A stretch of 54,771 nt of DNA, filler included, from Jimgerdemannia flammicorona (GCA_003990765.1; 3 parts of 3 records of this genome joined end to end with filler, not necessarily neighbours in it), one strand, 5' to 3'. Shown: positions 36,592-50,719, counted from the whole stretch's first letter. Notes: a model not told the origin generated them from the sequence alone. Made by a program: numbers and translations.

Positions 36592-38891
36592 GACATTGAT
36601 GGGAATTCGTATCTTCTGTCTCTGGTAGGTGATCTGCATCTTCTGGACATTGAGATCAATTACTGCCTTGGCTTTGTGAAGCCATTGATTGCCAATGAGG
36701 ATATCATAGTTGGTGGCATTGGTTACAATTACATCTACTGGGATGGTTGCTCCTCCAATCTTGATGGAAACATCTTGGATCTTTCCCAGAGGTGTGGCTC
36801 TTGTGCCATCGGCTGTGATGAATACCAGCTTAGTTGCTTCTTCTACATCCCAACCTAGGCAGTCTGCTACCTTCTTACTGAGGAGACATCCTCCTACTCC
36901 CATATCAATGATGGCTTCAAAGATTCTATCTTTGATTTGGTATGTTGCATAAGCAGAGGTTTTGTGATTGTCCTCACTTTCTTCTCCTGAGTTCTCTTGA
37001 ACATTATTGGCCTCAGTTATCTTCCATCCTTATTCCTTAGTTGTTTCAGCAAGTCCAAACCTCATTTACTGTCTGAATGTTGGGATTTCTGTGAGCTGAC
37101 CAAAGGTTGCATTGATCTTTTGTTGACTGAGGTCCTTGAAGATATCATACTTGAAGGTCTTGGTCTTCCAAAGCTTCTTTTCTTTTTCTCCTTCACTGGC
37201 TGGAGTGGTTCCTCAGATAATATCTTGGACTGCTTGTTCCAGCTCCATATCTTGGTCCATCTCTTCAGCTTGGCTTTCAGTGGCTGTTTCCATCTGCTTT
37301 TCTACTGAGTTCTTCTTGGGTCTTTCTGGTGGTCTCTTGTAGGGTTCTTTGCGAACATCCTTCTTGGTGGTCTGAGCAGGATAGGCCTCTCATTCTTCTT
37401 CATCAGAATCTCCAATTTCCTCAAAGGTAATTGTATTGGCCTGTTCCTTGTTTCATGTAGCATTGCTTGGTTGAGCCTTGCACTTGGTTTTGCTCATGCA
37501 TTCATAGGAGTAGTGGCCTTCTTCTCTACAAGTATAGCAGGTGCCTTTCTTCTTGTCTGAGGTGACAGCAAACTTCTGGACAGAGCGGTAGTCTCTTCCT
37601 CGAATTTCCTTTACCACATCTCCCAGGTGGGCAGTCATTTCGGCAAACCTTTTGGCGAGTTCCTCCATAGGGTCACTGTTCTTTTGCTGCTATGTAGCTT
37701 TTGGCTGAGGTGTGTTTCGATTGATCATTGTGGTAGGGATCACACTGGTTGTCTTGGGTGTCTTGATTCTGACTCCTGTGACCCTTTCCATTATATGGTC
37801 TTATGGATGTCTGGCTATCCAGTATCGCTAAGCATAGGTGACCTTCTGTGGCAGATCCAGAATTACTGGTGATGAGCAGATGGCCATGGCTATTTCTGAA
37901 TAGACTCCTTTCATGAAGGTTGCTTTGGCTACTTGATCTTGGATAGCAGCAGCATAATCTGCAAGGATTATCTGATATCAAATTCTGGTATAGAATGTGT
38001 TTAGATCCTCGCTTATTCCTTGGCATGTTGTATTGAGCTGATCCTTCAGGACTTGCTTGATCTCATCTGTATAATATGTATTTTGAAGCCAGGTCTTCTG
38101 TACTGTCAGTATAGCATTGGTATCATTTTCTGCATGGGTTGCGGCTGTGAATGCTGCTCTGGCAGGACCTCGTAGGCTAAAGGGCATAAGGGCTACTTGC
38201 TGTGCTGCTGTCAGGGTCCTTACAGCGGCATACTGCTTGAAATCATCAATGAAGGTGATAATTGATTTGTCTGAGGTATATCTGTGGAATACTGGTGGTC
38301 TCATATCTATCTTGTCTGGGTATTGGGGCTCAGTTTGTATGGTTGTTCGGGTAGGGGTGGTTGTTCATTGTTCAGCTTGAAAGTGAGGGATTCATCTTGA
38401 ATCACCAGCCAATGGGCACCAAGTTGTAATGTAGTGGATGCTTACTCTTGAAAGTATGTCAGATTTCTGTATCTTGAAAACTTGACTGTTCTGACTCTCA
38501 CAGAGTCTCTTGAAATTGTAAGGGAGGGTGGGTGAGTTCAAAGTGTATCTGCTCGCAGGCTTACTAGTTCCTTTGCTATCTCTTTGCTTTGAACTATTTT
38601 GATCTGAGGTTTATTCACTCAAAGATACTGAGTTATTTATACAAGTTTGCTAGCTATGAGATAGTTACTGGGTTACATGGCTAAGTTATGAGTCATTTAA
38701 CACTTTGTGAAATATTTGGCCAGTTGTGAAATGCTATACTATATTGAGAAGCTCAATCTCGCACTTTGCGAAATATTTAGCAAATGGCAGAATCAAGGAC
38801 TGCTAACTATGTGGCTATACTACTTTGGGACTGGGTGTGATCAAGTATCTGTTCCCTATTTCCTTCTTCCAAATCTGGCTATACTGTCACA
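36592..38891 (-). mobile_element. F2 5' fragment (LTR 38425-38891, PBS, gag, protease), truncated at the gap
   Basis: Colinear with 51470-53757; CYTCREEGHYSYEC knuckle; protease ORF 36532-36903 (YDILIGNQW). Confidence 0.93.
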
Positions 38892-38899
38892 ATATATAT

Positions 38900-40750
38900 A
38901 GCAGTTGAAAATAATTTTGGTTAACTGTCAGACAGATTAATAATGGTTATTGCTTTGTTTACTACATTTGTACTAGCTAGTATATAGATATAAAGATCTT
39001 GACTAGTATATTCATATATATCTCTGAAATCTTTTTTCTCTTTTCTCAGTACTATATATTATATGATAAGACTATATACTGCTTGCGTAGATCTCAAAGT
39101 CTATATGTCTTACTGGAATACCCAAGAAATATGTACTTAATGACTTCTAGTTTGAATTTATACTGATTGGTATTACTTTTATTAAGAATATATATCTTGC
39201 AACTAAATATATATAGATGAGATATATTAGGCTTAGTTTTACTCTATAATTCTTTAGGAGTAAAATCATTATCTCTATACTTATTATTGTTATCAGAATT
39301 CTTACTTAGTACTCTTTACATGAATATGTATCTTTTTGTTACTGTGTAACATTACCTTCCTTATTAAAAAAAGGGTTTTGTCAATTTCTGAAGCATATAG
39401 TATATCTAGGAAGATATTGATAAATTTTATAATATTACTATAGAGATATATCTCTACATTTCCCTTTTCTTGAATATAGATAATATTATCTTCTAGTTTG
39501 ATAGATATAGGGTACTCAAAAGACTCATATATAGAGAACTATTTCCTGTATAATATTATATATTATATATCTCCTAAATCTATTAATTAGATATTATTAT
39601 CATTAGCTATATTGGTATATTCATCAGATATATAGTTAGGTATACTGTCATAATTGCTATTTTTCATTAAGTAAAAAGTATTTTATTATTGACTGAAATT
39701 TATAGATGATAAATTAGTAGATTTGACAGCAGAAATATAGTCATCTATATATATATATTACTTATATATAGAATATATTACTTTTATCAGTTTTAGTAGT
39801 ATTTACATTCTTTTGCTGACTTCTGCTATTTCTATGATAGTTCTTTTCACTATTCCAATATTGTTAATACTGGCTTCTATATTTATTTTTACTACTCTTC
39901 TTGTTATTTTCTCAGTAATAATAATGATACTTCTTATATCCAACTTACTATAGTATTTATATGTAGTAATTATTATATTTAGTTGATTGAGTAGACAGAT
40001 TGTTAATATATTGATTTTGAGTTTAAGTTCATTGATCTTATTATTGTTCATACTTTTGATCTTGTTTGGCATCATGTCTGTAGGACCTATAGAATATATT
40101 TTCATTATTAACAGTAATACTATTGTCTTGGTACATTTCCTTATTTATGAGACTTATTATTATATAAACATAATCTATAAGCTTATCACTTTCCTGTATG
40201 GTTACTACTATGATATAATATACTATGAGGAGATTTCTTATAAGAGCCAGAACTTTGTCTTTATCTCTTACAAACTATGCTGATATACTTAAGAAATTCA
40301 CCTGATTCATCAGATCATTAATATAACTGGAATATTTACAGATAGTCTTCTTAGACTTTATTTATAGATTGAATAGCTGAGATTTATAGTGGAATTAATT
40401 TGATGTAGTTATTTGTATATAATAATTGTATAAAGTCTTCCATACCTTATAAGTAGTTGTTATATATATTATGAGCTTTATTTGGAAATTTGACAATATA
40501 AATATAATCTTATATAATGCTTGGTAATTATTTATAGTATTATAATCTTGAATTTGCTCTTGTAGCTTTATATATTCCACTAAGCTATATTTATTAAGGA
40601 GATTCATTATATAGAATATCCAGATTATATGTATAATATTTTTAATTGAAGATTGGAATAGACCTCTTAGCTATATTTATACTTACAACTGGGACTATAT
40701 TTCTCATATCTGTTGTGGTAGTTACATCTATAGTACTAATGGGAACTATT
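38900..40750 (-). mobile_element. Ty1/Copia relic (gag, knuckle, probable PR and pre-integrase)
   Basis: Copia gag-like MNLL..YSLVEYI...ALYKIIFILSN.Q...TTYKVWKTL...Y (40395-40607); decayed knuckle TYKYYSK (from TCKYCGK) ~39930-39965. Very AT-rich; boundaries approximate. Confidence 0.6.
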
Positions 40751-40885
40751 ATTACCAGAATACTCATAATTAGCATATCTATTTCTATACTTATATTACT
40801 AGACTGATTATTATTTGATATTCTAGTATAGTATATATTAAGAGATATATTGCTATAGCTACTTAATACTAACAGAGCTCATAAC

Positions 40886-41256
40886 TAGTGCTCTCAAAAT
40901 GAATATTTAAATTAATTCAAAGTAGATATACATATATGGTATTTGAATCAAATTAATTCAATTCAATTCAAACATTATTTTGATTTCCTAATTAGAATAT
41001 AAATGTTTTCCTCAATACCTTTATGAGTTTTTATCTGATTTTGGTGATCTTGGTATCATTGAAATACTATTATATAGAGCCTTTCAAGAATACTAGTTTA
41101 ATCAAAATCAGATATAAACTCATGGAGTTATTGAGGAAAACATTTGTGTCCTAATTCGGAAATTAAAATAATATTCAAATTGAATTGAATCAATTCAATT
41201 TGAATACTATATATATCTACTTCGAATTGATTCAAATATTAATTTTGAGAGCACTA
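40886..41256. mobile_element. hAT-type non-autonomous foldback MITE (371 bp)
   Basis: TIR TAGTGCTCTCAAAAT...ATTTTGAGAGCACTA; ~160-bp inverted arms; perfect 8-bp TSD CTCATAAC (40878-40885, 41257-41264). Confidence 0.9.
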
Positions 41257-42651
41257 CTCATAACCTTTGTTGTAAAGAGTGGCATTTTTATTGAAGTTAT
41301 ATAGGTTGCATATTTCATACATTATTAATAAATGATATAAAACTAATGGAATGATATAAGTCACATACTGATATATTGAGTTACTATCTCTTAATAAAGG
41401 ATATAACTTTTCTTTAGAAATTCTATTAAAATTTCTATTATATAATATATTTATATTGGATTACTACTTCTTCTATACTTGGTAAAAGATTTTCTTTTTT
41501 CTTTTAGATGAGATTTTATTTAGAATAATCTTTCTATTTTATAAGATAATACTGAGTAGGCTTGATAGTTTGTCTAAATTATCAGTTCTTATAATTTAAG
41601 ATATAATTAACTTTATACTCTGGTTCTTAATTAATAATAATTGAGTTTAAAGATAGTATAATTCTTCTATTAAAGATATTTAAGATATATAGTTAAAGCT
41701 AAGATATATAAAATATTAAGTAGATTCTTCTAAGATCATTGAGAGATCTAATTTGTTATAATGGTTAATCTGAATTAAGAATAGTAATTAGGAGATAGAT
41801 ATTTGATTATAGTATCTAAATCTAATTTCTGATATAGTATAATATATAGTTTAATAGTTATTTAATCTCTCAGTTATACAATTTATATAGCTATATAAAA
41901 CTTACAATTATATAGATTGTACAAATATATAAATCTCTCAACTATATGAAATGACTTATAGAAAAAGAAGTTTAACTTAGCTAATATATAGTTAGTAAAC
42001 TTATATAAACATTTCTGGTATCTAAAGTAAATAAACCTCAGATTGAAATAGTTTAAGTAAAGAGGTAAGAAACTAGTAAGTTTGTAGATAAATATACTTT
42101 GAACTTATTTACTCCTATATCTGAGAACTCCAAGGAGTTAAAGAAGATCAAGTATTTAAGATAAAGAAATCTATCACACTTCTGCTAATTATATCTACTA
42201 TATTATAACTTAGTACCCATTGACTGATAATTTAAGATAAATTTCTCACTTTTAAGCTAAATAATAAACAACTGCTACCACTCAAATATACATTCAAATT
42301 AAACTAAGATATTCAGATAAGATAGATATAAGATTACTAATATTGTATAGAAAAACTTCTGATAAATCAATCATCATCTTTTATAATGATTTAAGTAATA
42401 TACTATTATAAGAATTCTGTTAGTATAATAACAATTAGTTCTAATATATATCATTTAGTCTCTAAGAATTAGCAAGAGCTATATTTATAGCTATAAATAA
42501 TATCAGAAATAATGATATTATAATACTGCTAGTACAGAAAGCTTAGTTGTGAGTCATCTACTATATAGATAAAATCAAGTAGACCCTAAAGAACTAACTC
42601 AATACTATTTATTAAAAAATAAATAGAGACCTAAATATCTTCTATAACTAA

Positions 42652-44175
42652 TGTAACAGTGACCTCAGAATGATGACATCAGCACAGGAGACATCCTTTT
42701 TTTGCAAGCCACCAGATCAGAGTATAAGAAGATTATACGACATACGAGATGAGTAATGATGACCAACTGTGAGTCATTGTGACCACAGTATAAGCATCCT
42801 GAAGAATATAAAAGAAGGATCAAGGAACCACAGTAGCAGCAACCAACAAGAACCACTAATCCCAAAATAGCTCAAAGACTTACCACAAACAAAATGCCTG
42901 CTGCTCACCAAACCTCAAGATCAAGAAATCACCAAGGTATCTCAGTTGAGGAAAGAATGTTCCAAGACATCAGAAGAGCCATGAGGACCTGCTCAAGAAG
43001 GACCCCTAGTGTCAACATGGATACTGCAGACTCTTATCACTTCATCTTCTACTGTTATAAAATGGAAACAAGGATTACTATTGCTACTGAATGCCTCTAA
43101 ATGTGGCAGGAGTATGAAATAGAAAACCTCCTCTGCTGGGAGTTCCCACAGGCCAGCACCCAAGAGCTACAAGATGCCACTCCTATGGACATATGTGAAA
43201 TGAGGACAGCTAAGAAGATCTATCAGATCTTCAGGCATGCACCATGGTCGATCCCCAACTTGAAGTATGTTAGAGTCTCAGATTTCAGAGATCTATCATT
43301 CTGCTATATCAATGTACTAGAAGTCAGGGTGGCTACAGAAGCCCAGTTCACTATCACCCTCAACAGCAAAGAAGTAGAAGACTTCTGGCACCCTATCCTT
43401 CAGGACAACCCAGACCAATTCCTGCAAGGATTGATCTCAGTATTCCAAGGCCCAAGCATCCAGGTTAGATCTCCCCAAGACCCCACATTTGTTCTCTATT
43501 TTGTAGAAGAGAACCTCATAGACTGGAGAGCTCCAGACCTTGTCCCCGATTTCCCTGCCACAGCCAAACATGATGACATCATTGATGATATCATCCCATA
43601 TGACATCGGAGCATGCGAAAATGATAAATTTATGGATCTCATCTCCTTCAGTGATGATGATGATGAAGCCCCCATGATCCTGAACTTTCTGCTCTAAGTT
43701 CTTTGTTACACTAGATAATACCAGCACTGGTATTCTCATGTAACATTGGATAATGCCAGCACCGGTATTTTGAGGTGACACAAAATTGTTCCAGCACCAG
43801 CATTTTGATGTGATATTAAATAATGCCAGCATCCTGAACCTGTACAACCAACAGTGCCAGTCCTGGAACTTAGTAGTTTTAGTTATTGGAATTTATATTT
43901 AGCTTTATATCTTAGCAACCATTGAATTATATTTTGTATAAATACCCCTCTTATTTCCTTTGAAATAAAGTTCTAGTTCTGGTTTCACTTACACACACTT
44001 CCTTGCAAGCAATCTAAGAGATAACAAGACAGTTAAAGATAAGAAGTTTGAGGACTATAAGACCTTGGGAAGGCACTTCAATAAGAGCTTACTTATAACA
44101 ACTTGAGTTAGTCTAAGAGATATACCTTGAAGAGAATCTGGTGTATTTAAAGGACTCAGCGACCACTATGTGATA
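42652..44175 (+). mobile_element. Family F3 solo-LTR-like unit (1524 bp) containing a protein ORF
   Basis: TGTAACA...TGTGATA ends; 4-bp TSD CTAA both sides; TATAAATA ~43937; AATAAA ~43964; second copy begins at 53933. Confidence 0.88.
42894..43697 (+). pseudogene. F3 LTR-encoded ORF (267 aa, ORF3 family), one internal stop
   Basis: ORFs 42894-43100 and 43101-43697 are in one frame; the TAA is CAA in the second copy. Confidence 0.85.
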
Positions 44176-44569
44176 CTAAATCTACTATTAGATAATCTTG
44201 GCTTATTATACTGATATCATCAGAAATTAAGTAGTCAAAGTAATCTTTATAAAAAGAATTCACCTGAAGATAACTATAGTAATCTAATTAATACTATTAA
44301 TTCTGAACTTAGTATAGAAGGTAACTTATGCTCTATAATATTGAATAATTAGATATCATCAATACTATATAAGAAGAGAGTTACTGGAATTAGAATTGAA
44401 GTACTTAAGATAACTAGTATAATTCTTATAATTATATTTAAACAAAATACACCTTAACCAAAGACCACAGAGTAATAGAAAAATAGTAATTATATAGAGA
44501 AACTTATTAATAAATATAAATAAACAAATGATTGGAAAAGATATAAATAGATAATTGAGATAAATATAA

Positions 44570-45950
44570 TATAATAGTTGATTTAAATTATAAAATATAA
44601 TCAGTAAATAGAAATTTAATTATGATATCTAAATCTGATTTCTAATAGAGTATTATAGTTAGCTATCACTCAATCTCACAGTTATATAATTTATATAATT
44701 ATGAAAAGTATAACTATATAAAACTTATAATCATACAGATTGTATAGATTGTATAAATATATAGATCTCATAACTATATGAAATAACTTATAGAAAAAGA
44801 AGTCTTAACTTAGCTGCTATATATATAGTAAGTAAACTTATATAAATATCTCTAATATTTAAAGTAAATAAATCTCAGATTGAAATAGTTCAAAGTAAAG
44901 AGACAAGAGAACTAGTAAGCCTGAATATAGTAGTCTAAGAGACTATAAATAAAAATTAAAAAAAAAATTAAAAAAAACTTTAAACTCATTCATCTTATAT
45001 CTGAGGACTCTGAGAAGTTAAAGAAGATCAAGTATTTAAGATAAAGAAATTTGCTATACTTCTAAGATTATATATCTACTATATTGTAACTTAGTACTTA
45101 TTAGCTAGTAATTTAAGATAAATCTCTCAATTTTAAGCTGAACAATAAACTACTACTACTACTTAAATATACACTCAAATTGAATCAAAATAGTTAGACA
45201 AGATAGATATAAGACTACTAATATTCTATAGATATATCTCTAATAAGTCAATTATTATCTTTATAGATAATTTTGAGCAATATATTACTGTAAAACCCCT
45301 AACACTAGTAAAATAAGTAGCTCTTCTACCATTCAGTCTCTGAGAATCTATAAGAACTATATATATTAATAGCTGTAAATTATATTGAAAATATTGATAC
45401 TATAATATTAATAGTATAAAAGGCCTAGTTGTAAACTATCTACTATATAGATAAAATCAAGCTGGCTCTAAAGAACTAACTCAATACAATCTGCAAAGAA
45501 TAACTGAAGACCTAAACATCTTTTATACTTAAATCTTCTATTAGATAATCTTGATTAATTATACTAATACTATTAGAGATCAAGTAGCTGAAGCAATCTT
45601 TATAAAGAAATTTACCTAGAGATAGCTATAGTAATCTAATCATTATGACTTATTATAGAAAGTAACTTATACTTAACAATATATATTAGATAGCCAGACA
45701 CCCTCAAGACTATATAATAGAGAGAGTCACTGGAGTCAGAGTTAAAGTACTCAAGATAGCTAGAGTAATCTTTATAACTATAGTCAATTAAAATATACCT
45801 CAACTAAAGACTATAGAGTAGTAGAAGAATAGTAACTCTATAGAAGAACTTGCTAAGAAGGTTGCTAAAATAACTATATATCTGAGAGATATAGTAAAGA
45901 AAATTAGAGGTAGAGACTATTACATAGTTTAAAAGTTTACTGCTACTATA
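44570..45950 (+). mobile_element. Second old F2-related relic (LTR ~44570-45088, PBS, gag)
   Basis: Paralogous to 41757-44560 and to F2 gag; lacks the F3 insertion at ~45525-45540. Confidence 0.72.
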
Positions 45951-46049
45951 GCAAGAAGAGATCAGAAATCAGATTCAGGTACTATGATTAAATATATATC
46001 TATCTTCTGATTATACTTTTTAATTTGAATTAACTGTTACAACTTTTTT

Positions 46050-47054
46050 CTAAATAAGTAACTTGATTTTTAAATTATCTTATTTAAACTTCTAAACTTC
46101 TATCAGTTATATATTCATATACTATATGATCTACTTGATTGTATTCTTCTAATAATATTTTTTCATTTTTCTGAAGTCTCTTAAAACTACTTCTTGAAAA
46201 TGGATCAGAGTTTATTTATTATTCTTAAATAGTTTGTAAATCTATTAGGTAATAGTGATTTGGATATAGAATATCTAATACTTAGCAATTTACTCTTTTT
46301 TAGTCATATTCTTTTCTCATTTAGTAATATTTCTAGCTTAAAGTACTCTTGAAACTCAGTATAGTTTTAGTAGGCTCCAAAGTATAAAATATATAATAGA
46401 TGAATATGTGTAATACTTTAGATACTATCAAATGATTTCTCTATAACTAGTGACTCAGCAGAATACTATTATCTTTCTATAGTTTACTAGGTAGTACTAG
46501 TGATCTTGAGAGCAATAATAGTATTTTGTTGGTAATCTATAATACTTCTTGAGTCAGTTTTAGTAGATAGTAGTAGAGATGATTGTGTATAATAGTTTTT
46601 ATAGCTAAAAGATAGTTCTTTTTATATTTTATACAAGATAAGATCTTTGATACTTGAGCTCTAGTTTTTGTAATCATGAAGCTTCTATTATGTTTTAATA
46701 TACTAGAACTTTGTTTCTTATCTTGATAATCTCTAAGAACTTATAAATCTTCTTTACATTATTCTATTATAATATCTATATTTTAATTATATAATTCTCA
46801 GTCTTATTTCTTATTTGGTATAATCTCTATATTTTAATATCTACTTATTTCAATACTGTATCTCTATTAGATAATAAGATTTCTTTAGAACATTCTTCTC
46901 TATTAGTAATTTCTGAGAGATAAATTAGATACTTTGTAATTATATATCCCAAAGAGCAGATAATACTACTGATAGATATTTGTTTTAATTTTTAAAGTTA
47001 TTATAGATCTTAGTAATAATGTTCTTAAGAATCTTATTAGTTCTTTTTATCTGT
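46050..47054 (-). mobile_element. Old F2-related 3' relic (IN C-terminus and ORF3); IN continues at 53758-53932
   Basis: Colinear with 47600-48535; ORF3 relic EFQEYFKL...QITIT**IYKLF. Confidence 0.78.
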
Positions 47055-47558
47055 TGTAACATAGCAGATGCTTACTCTTGAAAGTACATCAGATTTCTGT
47101 ATCTTGAAAACTTGACTGTTCTGACTCTCACAGAGTCTCTTGAAGTTGCAGGGGAGGGTGGGTGAGTTCGAAGTATATCTGCCCACAGGCTTACTAGTTC
47201 CTTTGCTATCTCTTTTCTTTGAACTATTTTGATCTGAGGTTTATTCACTCGAAGATACTGGGTTATTTATACAAGTTTGCTAGCTATGAGATGGTTACTG
47301 AGTTACATGGCTAAGTTATGAGTCATTTAACACTTTGCAAAATATTCAGCAAGTTGTAAAATGCTATACTATATTGGGAAGCTCGATCTTGCACTCTGTG
47401 AAATATTTAGCAAGTTGCGAAATCAAGGACTGTTAACTATGTGGCTATACTACTTTGGGACTGGGTGTGATCAAGTGTCTGTTTCCTATTTCCTTCTTCC
47501 AAATCTGGCTATACCATCACAACTTCCTCCTGAATAGATGATCTTGTCCCTAAAGTAT

Positions 47559-48020
47559 CTATTCAAACTCCCAAGCTTCAATGGTCTGTATGGTCTTGTA
47601 TTGCACGATTTGTTACATCACTGTTTCTCAATAGTGTTACCTGACTCAGTCGAAGTCTGAGGGGGTCACTCCTCGCAGGTGGGCTAGTGCTGATTCATCC
47701 ACTTGGAATAGCTTGTGGATTCTCTTGGCAATGGTGATCTGAGAATAGGAGAGCTGGCATTCTGCGATCCAATTTTCTTTGGTCATTTCTGGGTCTTAGT
47801 TGAGTACTTGGCCAAGTTTGAAGTACTCTTGGAATTCGTTTTGATGCTGATAGGCCTTGAAGTATGAGATCTGAGAGAGTTGAGTCTACACGATGCTTTG
47901 GATACTGTCATAAGACTCCTCTATGATTGGGGGCTCAGTGGTGCACCATTATCTCTCGATGGCTCTTTGGGCAGCACTAGTAATCTTGAGTACCATTGCA
48001 GTACTTTTGTTACTGGCCAT
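47559..48020 (-). pseudogene. F2 accessory ORF3 (153 aa), several transition-type stops
   Basis: MASNKSTAMV...EFQEYFKLGQVL...QITIAKRIHKLFQVDESALAHLRGVTPSDF...WEFE*, single frame. Confidence 0.78.
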
Positions 48021-49200
48021 GATATTTCTTGAGTCGGTTTTGGTAAATGGTAGTGGGGATTATTGTGCCTGAGGGTTTTCGTAGCCAAAAGGTGGTTCCT
48101 TTTATATCTTGTACAAGGTAAGGTCCCTCCCACTTAGGCTCTAGTTTTCATGACCATGAAGCTTCCACCATATTCCGATACACCAGGACTTTGTCTCCTA
48201 TCTTGATAATCTCCAAGGGTTTGTGGGTCTTTTCCACATTCTTCCATTGTAGTGTCTGCACCTTTGTTATGTAATCCTCAGCCTTCTTTCTGATTTGGTG
48301 TAGTCTCCATATTTCTATGTCCACATGTTTCCATACAGCATCTCCATTGGATGACAGTGTTCCCTGAGAACATTCTTCTCTGAACAGCATTTCTCAAGGG
48401 GTAAAGTGGGTGCTTTGTGATCGGATATCCTGAAGAGCAGATAATGCTATTGGTAGATAGTGATCCTAGTTCTCATAGTTATTGCAGATCTTGGCAATAA
48501 TATTCTTGAGAGTTTTGTTGGTCCTTTCTACTTGTCCATTTCCTTGAGGGTAATATGCTGTAGTCTGAATATGCTGGATCTTGTACTTCTTGTAGAGAAC
48601 TTTGAAGAACTGGTTCATGAATTCAGTTCCTCTATCTGTAGTTACTTGTGTTGGGGTCTTGAACCGACAGATGATTTCTTTGTGGAAGAAATCAGCGATT
48701 GACTGTGCATTGGCTTCCATAAGGGGTCCTGCTTCTATCCATTTTGTAAAAAGGTCTACGATGATGATGATGTATCAGTTGCCGGTCAAAGTCAAGGGTA
48801 GAGGGCCAATTACATCTATTGCAATATGGGTGAATGGTACTGGTTCTATGTGTGCTGATCCTGGGGCTTGATTTCATTGATCTTGTTTCTGTTTCTGGCA
48901 TTTGTCACAGATCTTGACAAATTGTCTGATATCTTCCTCTATCCCTGGCCACCATATTGTTCTTCTTGCCTTGTCATATGTATTTATTCCTCCTAGGTGG
49001 CCAAGTTTGTGTACTGATTTCATTGCTTGCTCCTTCTTGTATTCTGATATGACTAGTAGTTTTTCTTTCTTCAGTGTTTCTCCATTAGTTTCGAATTGTT
49101 TCCATGTTCTGTTGATAATCGTTTGTATCCATTCTTCCAGATGTTGGGGCATCTTTCACTGTCTCAGGTATGTGATAATTCCATAGTAGAGCTCCTTATT
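48010..49200 (-). pseudogene. F2 integrase
   Basis: HKLGH...CDKCQK; IAIDVIGP; TTDRGTEF; YPQGNGQVER; KWEGPY. Confidence 0.93.
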
Positions 49201-49209
49201 CATGGCAAT

Positions 49210-50640
49210 TTTGTGGGGGTGGAGTCCTTCGGGGTGTCTGTGAGAGGGCATCTGCATTGGCATTGGTTCTTCCAGAGTAATGTACAATGGTTACATCATA
49301 AGCTTGCAACTTCATTATTCATCTGGCATAGATTCCTTTGGATTGTCCAGTTGTCAGTTGCCAGGTGAGAGCTGAGTGGTCCATTTGGATGGTGAAGTGT
49401 CTTCCAGCCAAGTAGTAGTGGAACTTTTTTATGGCCCAGATGACTGCAAGGCATTCTGACTTATAGGATTCGTATTCTTTTTCAGCTCCTTGGGTTCCAC
49501 GGCTGAGGTATGTGATGACATACTCCACTTTATCTTTCTTTTGAGCTAGGACTGCTCCTAGTCCTTATGTGCTTGCATCAGTCTATAGGATGAATTCTTG
49601 AGTCTAGTCAGGTCTTCTGAGGATGGGTGCCTGGGTCAGTCTGACCTTGAGTTCATCAAATGCTTTTTGTTGTTTGCCAGTCCACCAAAACTTGGTATCC
49701 TTCTTGTTAAGTTTGTAGATTGGTCCCACGATATTGGAGAATCCTCTAATAAATCTGCAATAATAGGAGGCGAGTCCCATGAAGGCTTGGGCTTCTGTAA
49801 CAGTGGTGGGTCTTGGGTATGCTGTCACTGCTTGTATCTTGAGGGGGTCTATGTGTGTTCCATCTTGATTGATAATATGGCCGAGATAGGAGATCTCGAT
49901 TTCTGCGAACTTGTACTTCTTGGGTTTGATGTAAAGGCTATATTGTCTTAGTCTCTCTATTATCTGCTGTATATGCTGCAGATGTTCCTCAGGTGTCTTG
50001 CTGTAGATGATTACATCATTGACATAGACCATCATCTATCTTCCCATATCATAGTAGAAGATTTTGTTCATCATTCGCTGGAAGCTTGCTGGTGTATTGC
50101 CCATTCCAAATGGCATTCATAGGTAGCCATAGGTTCCATCTGGAGTGATGAAAGCTGATTTTTCACTTGCCATATCTGTGAGTCCGATTTGGTGGAATCC
50201 TGAGTATAAGTCCAAGGTGCTGTAGTACTGTACTTCATCTCCCAGTATTATGAGGATGTCATTGATGAGAGGCAGTGATTGGCGATCCTTCTTGGTAACC
50301 ATGTTGAGTTTTCTGTAGTCGACACAGAGTCTTGGGGTGAATTCTCCAGGCTTGCTACCTTTTTTTGGGGCCAGTACAACAGGTGAGGACCAGGGGCTGC
50401 TTGCTTCCTTAATGATACTGGCTTCTTCCATCTGCTTGATTTCTTCTCTGAGCCATTCTCGGTAGGCTGGCGGGACAGGTCTTGCTTTCTGATAAATTGG
50501 TTCAGTGTCTCCAGTATCTACTTCATGATAGTAGTGTGGGGTCTTTCCTTTGATATCCTTGAAATCTGTAGCAAGGACGTCTTCGAATTCATGGAGTATT
50601 TTCTTGAGTTCTTTCTTGAGTGGAAATTCATTCTTGATGG
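49210..50640 (-). pseudogene. pol: F2 RT and RNase H
   Basis: [28 protein letters not shown] (from YVDD), TDAS, ECLAVIWA. Confidence 0.95.
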
Positions 50641-50719
50641 TGTAGCTGTGCTTGTTTGTGTTTTCCTCCTTCTTATGCTTGAGTTTGGTGATCTTGGTGC
50701 TGGCGAATACTCCTCTTCC

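Larger units (their letters stand above)
41757..44560 (+). mobile_element. Old F2-related relic (LTR ~41757-42207, PBS, gag) split by the F3 solo LTR
   Basis: taaataaacctcagat LTR core; decayed PBS acttagtacccatt; gag continues across the 42652-44175 insertion. Confidence 0.75.

Noticed and set aside
36032..38891. Inverted LTR pair as one element with terminal inverted repeats
   Set aside because: Two separate F2 LTR variants on opposite sides of an assembly gap, with non-matching flanks.
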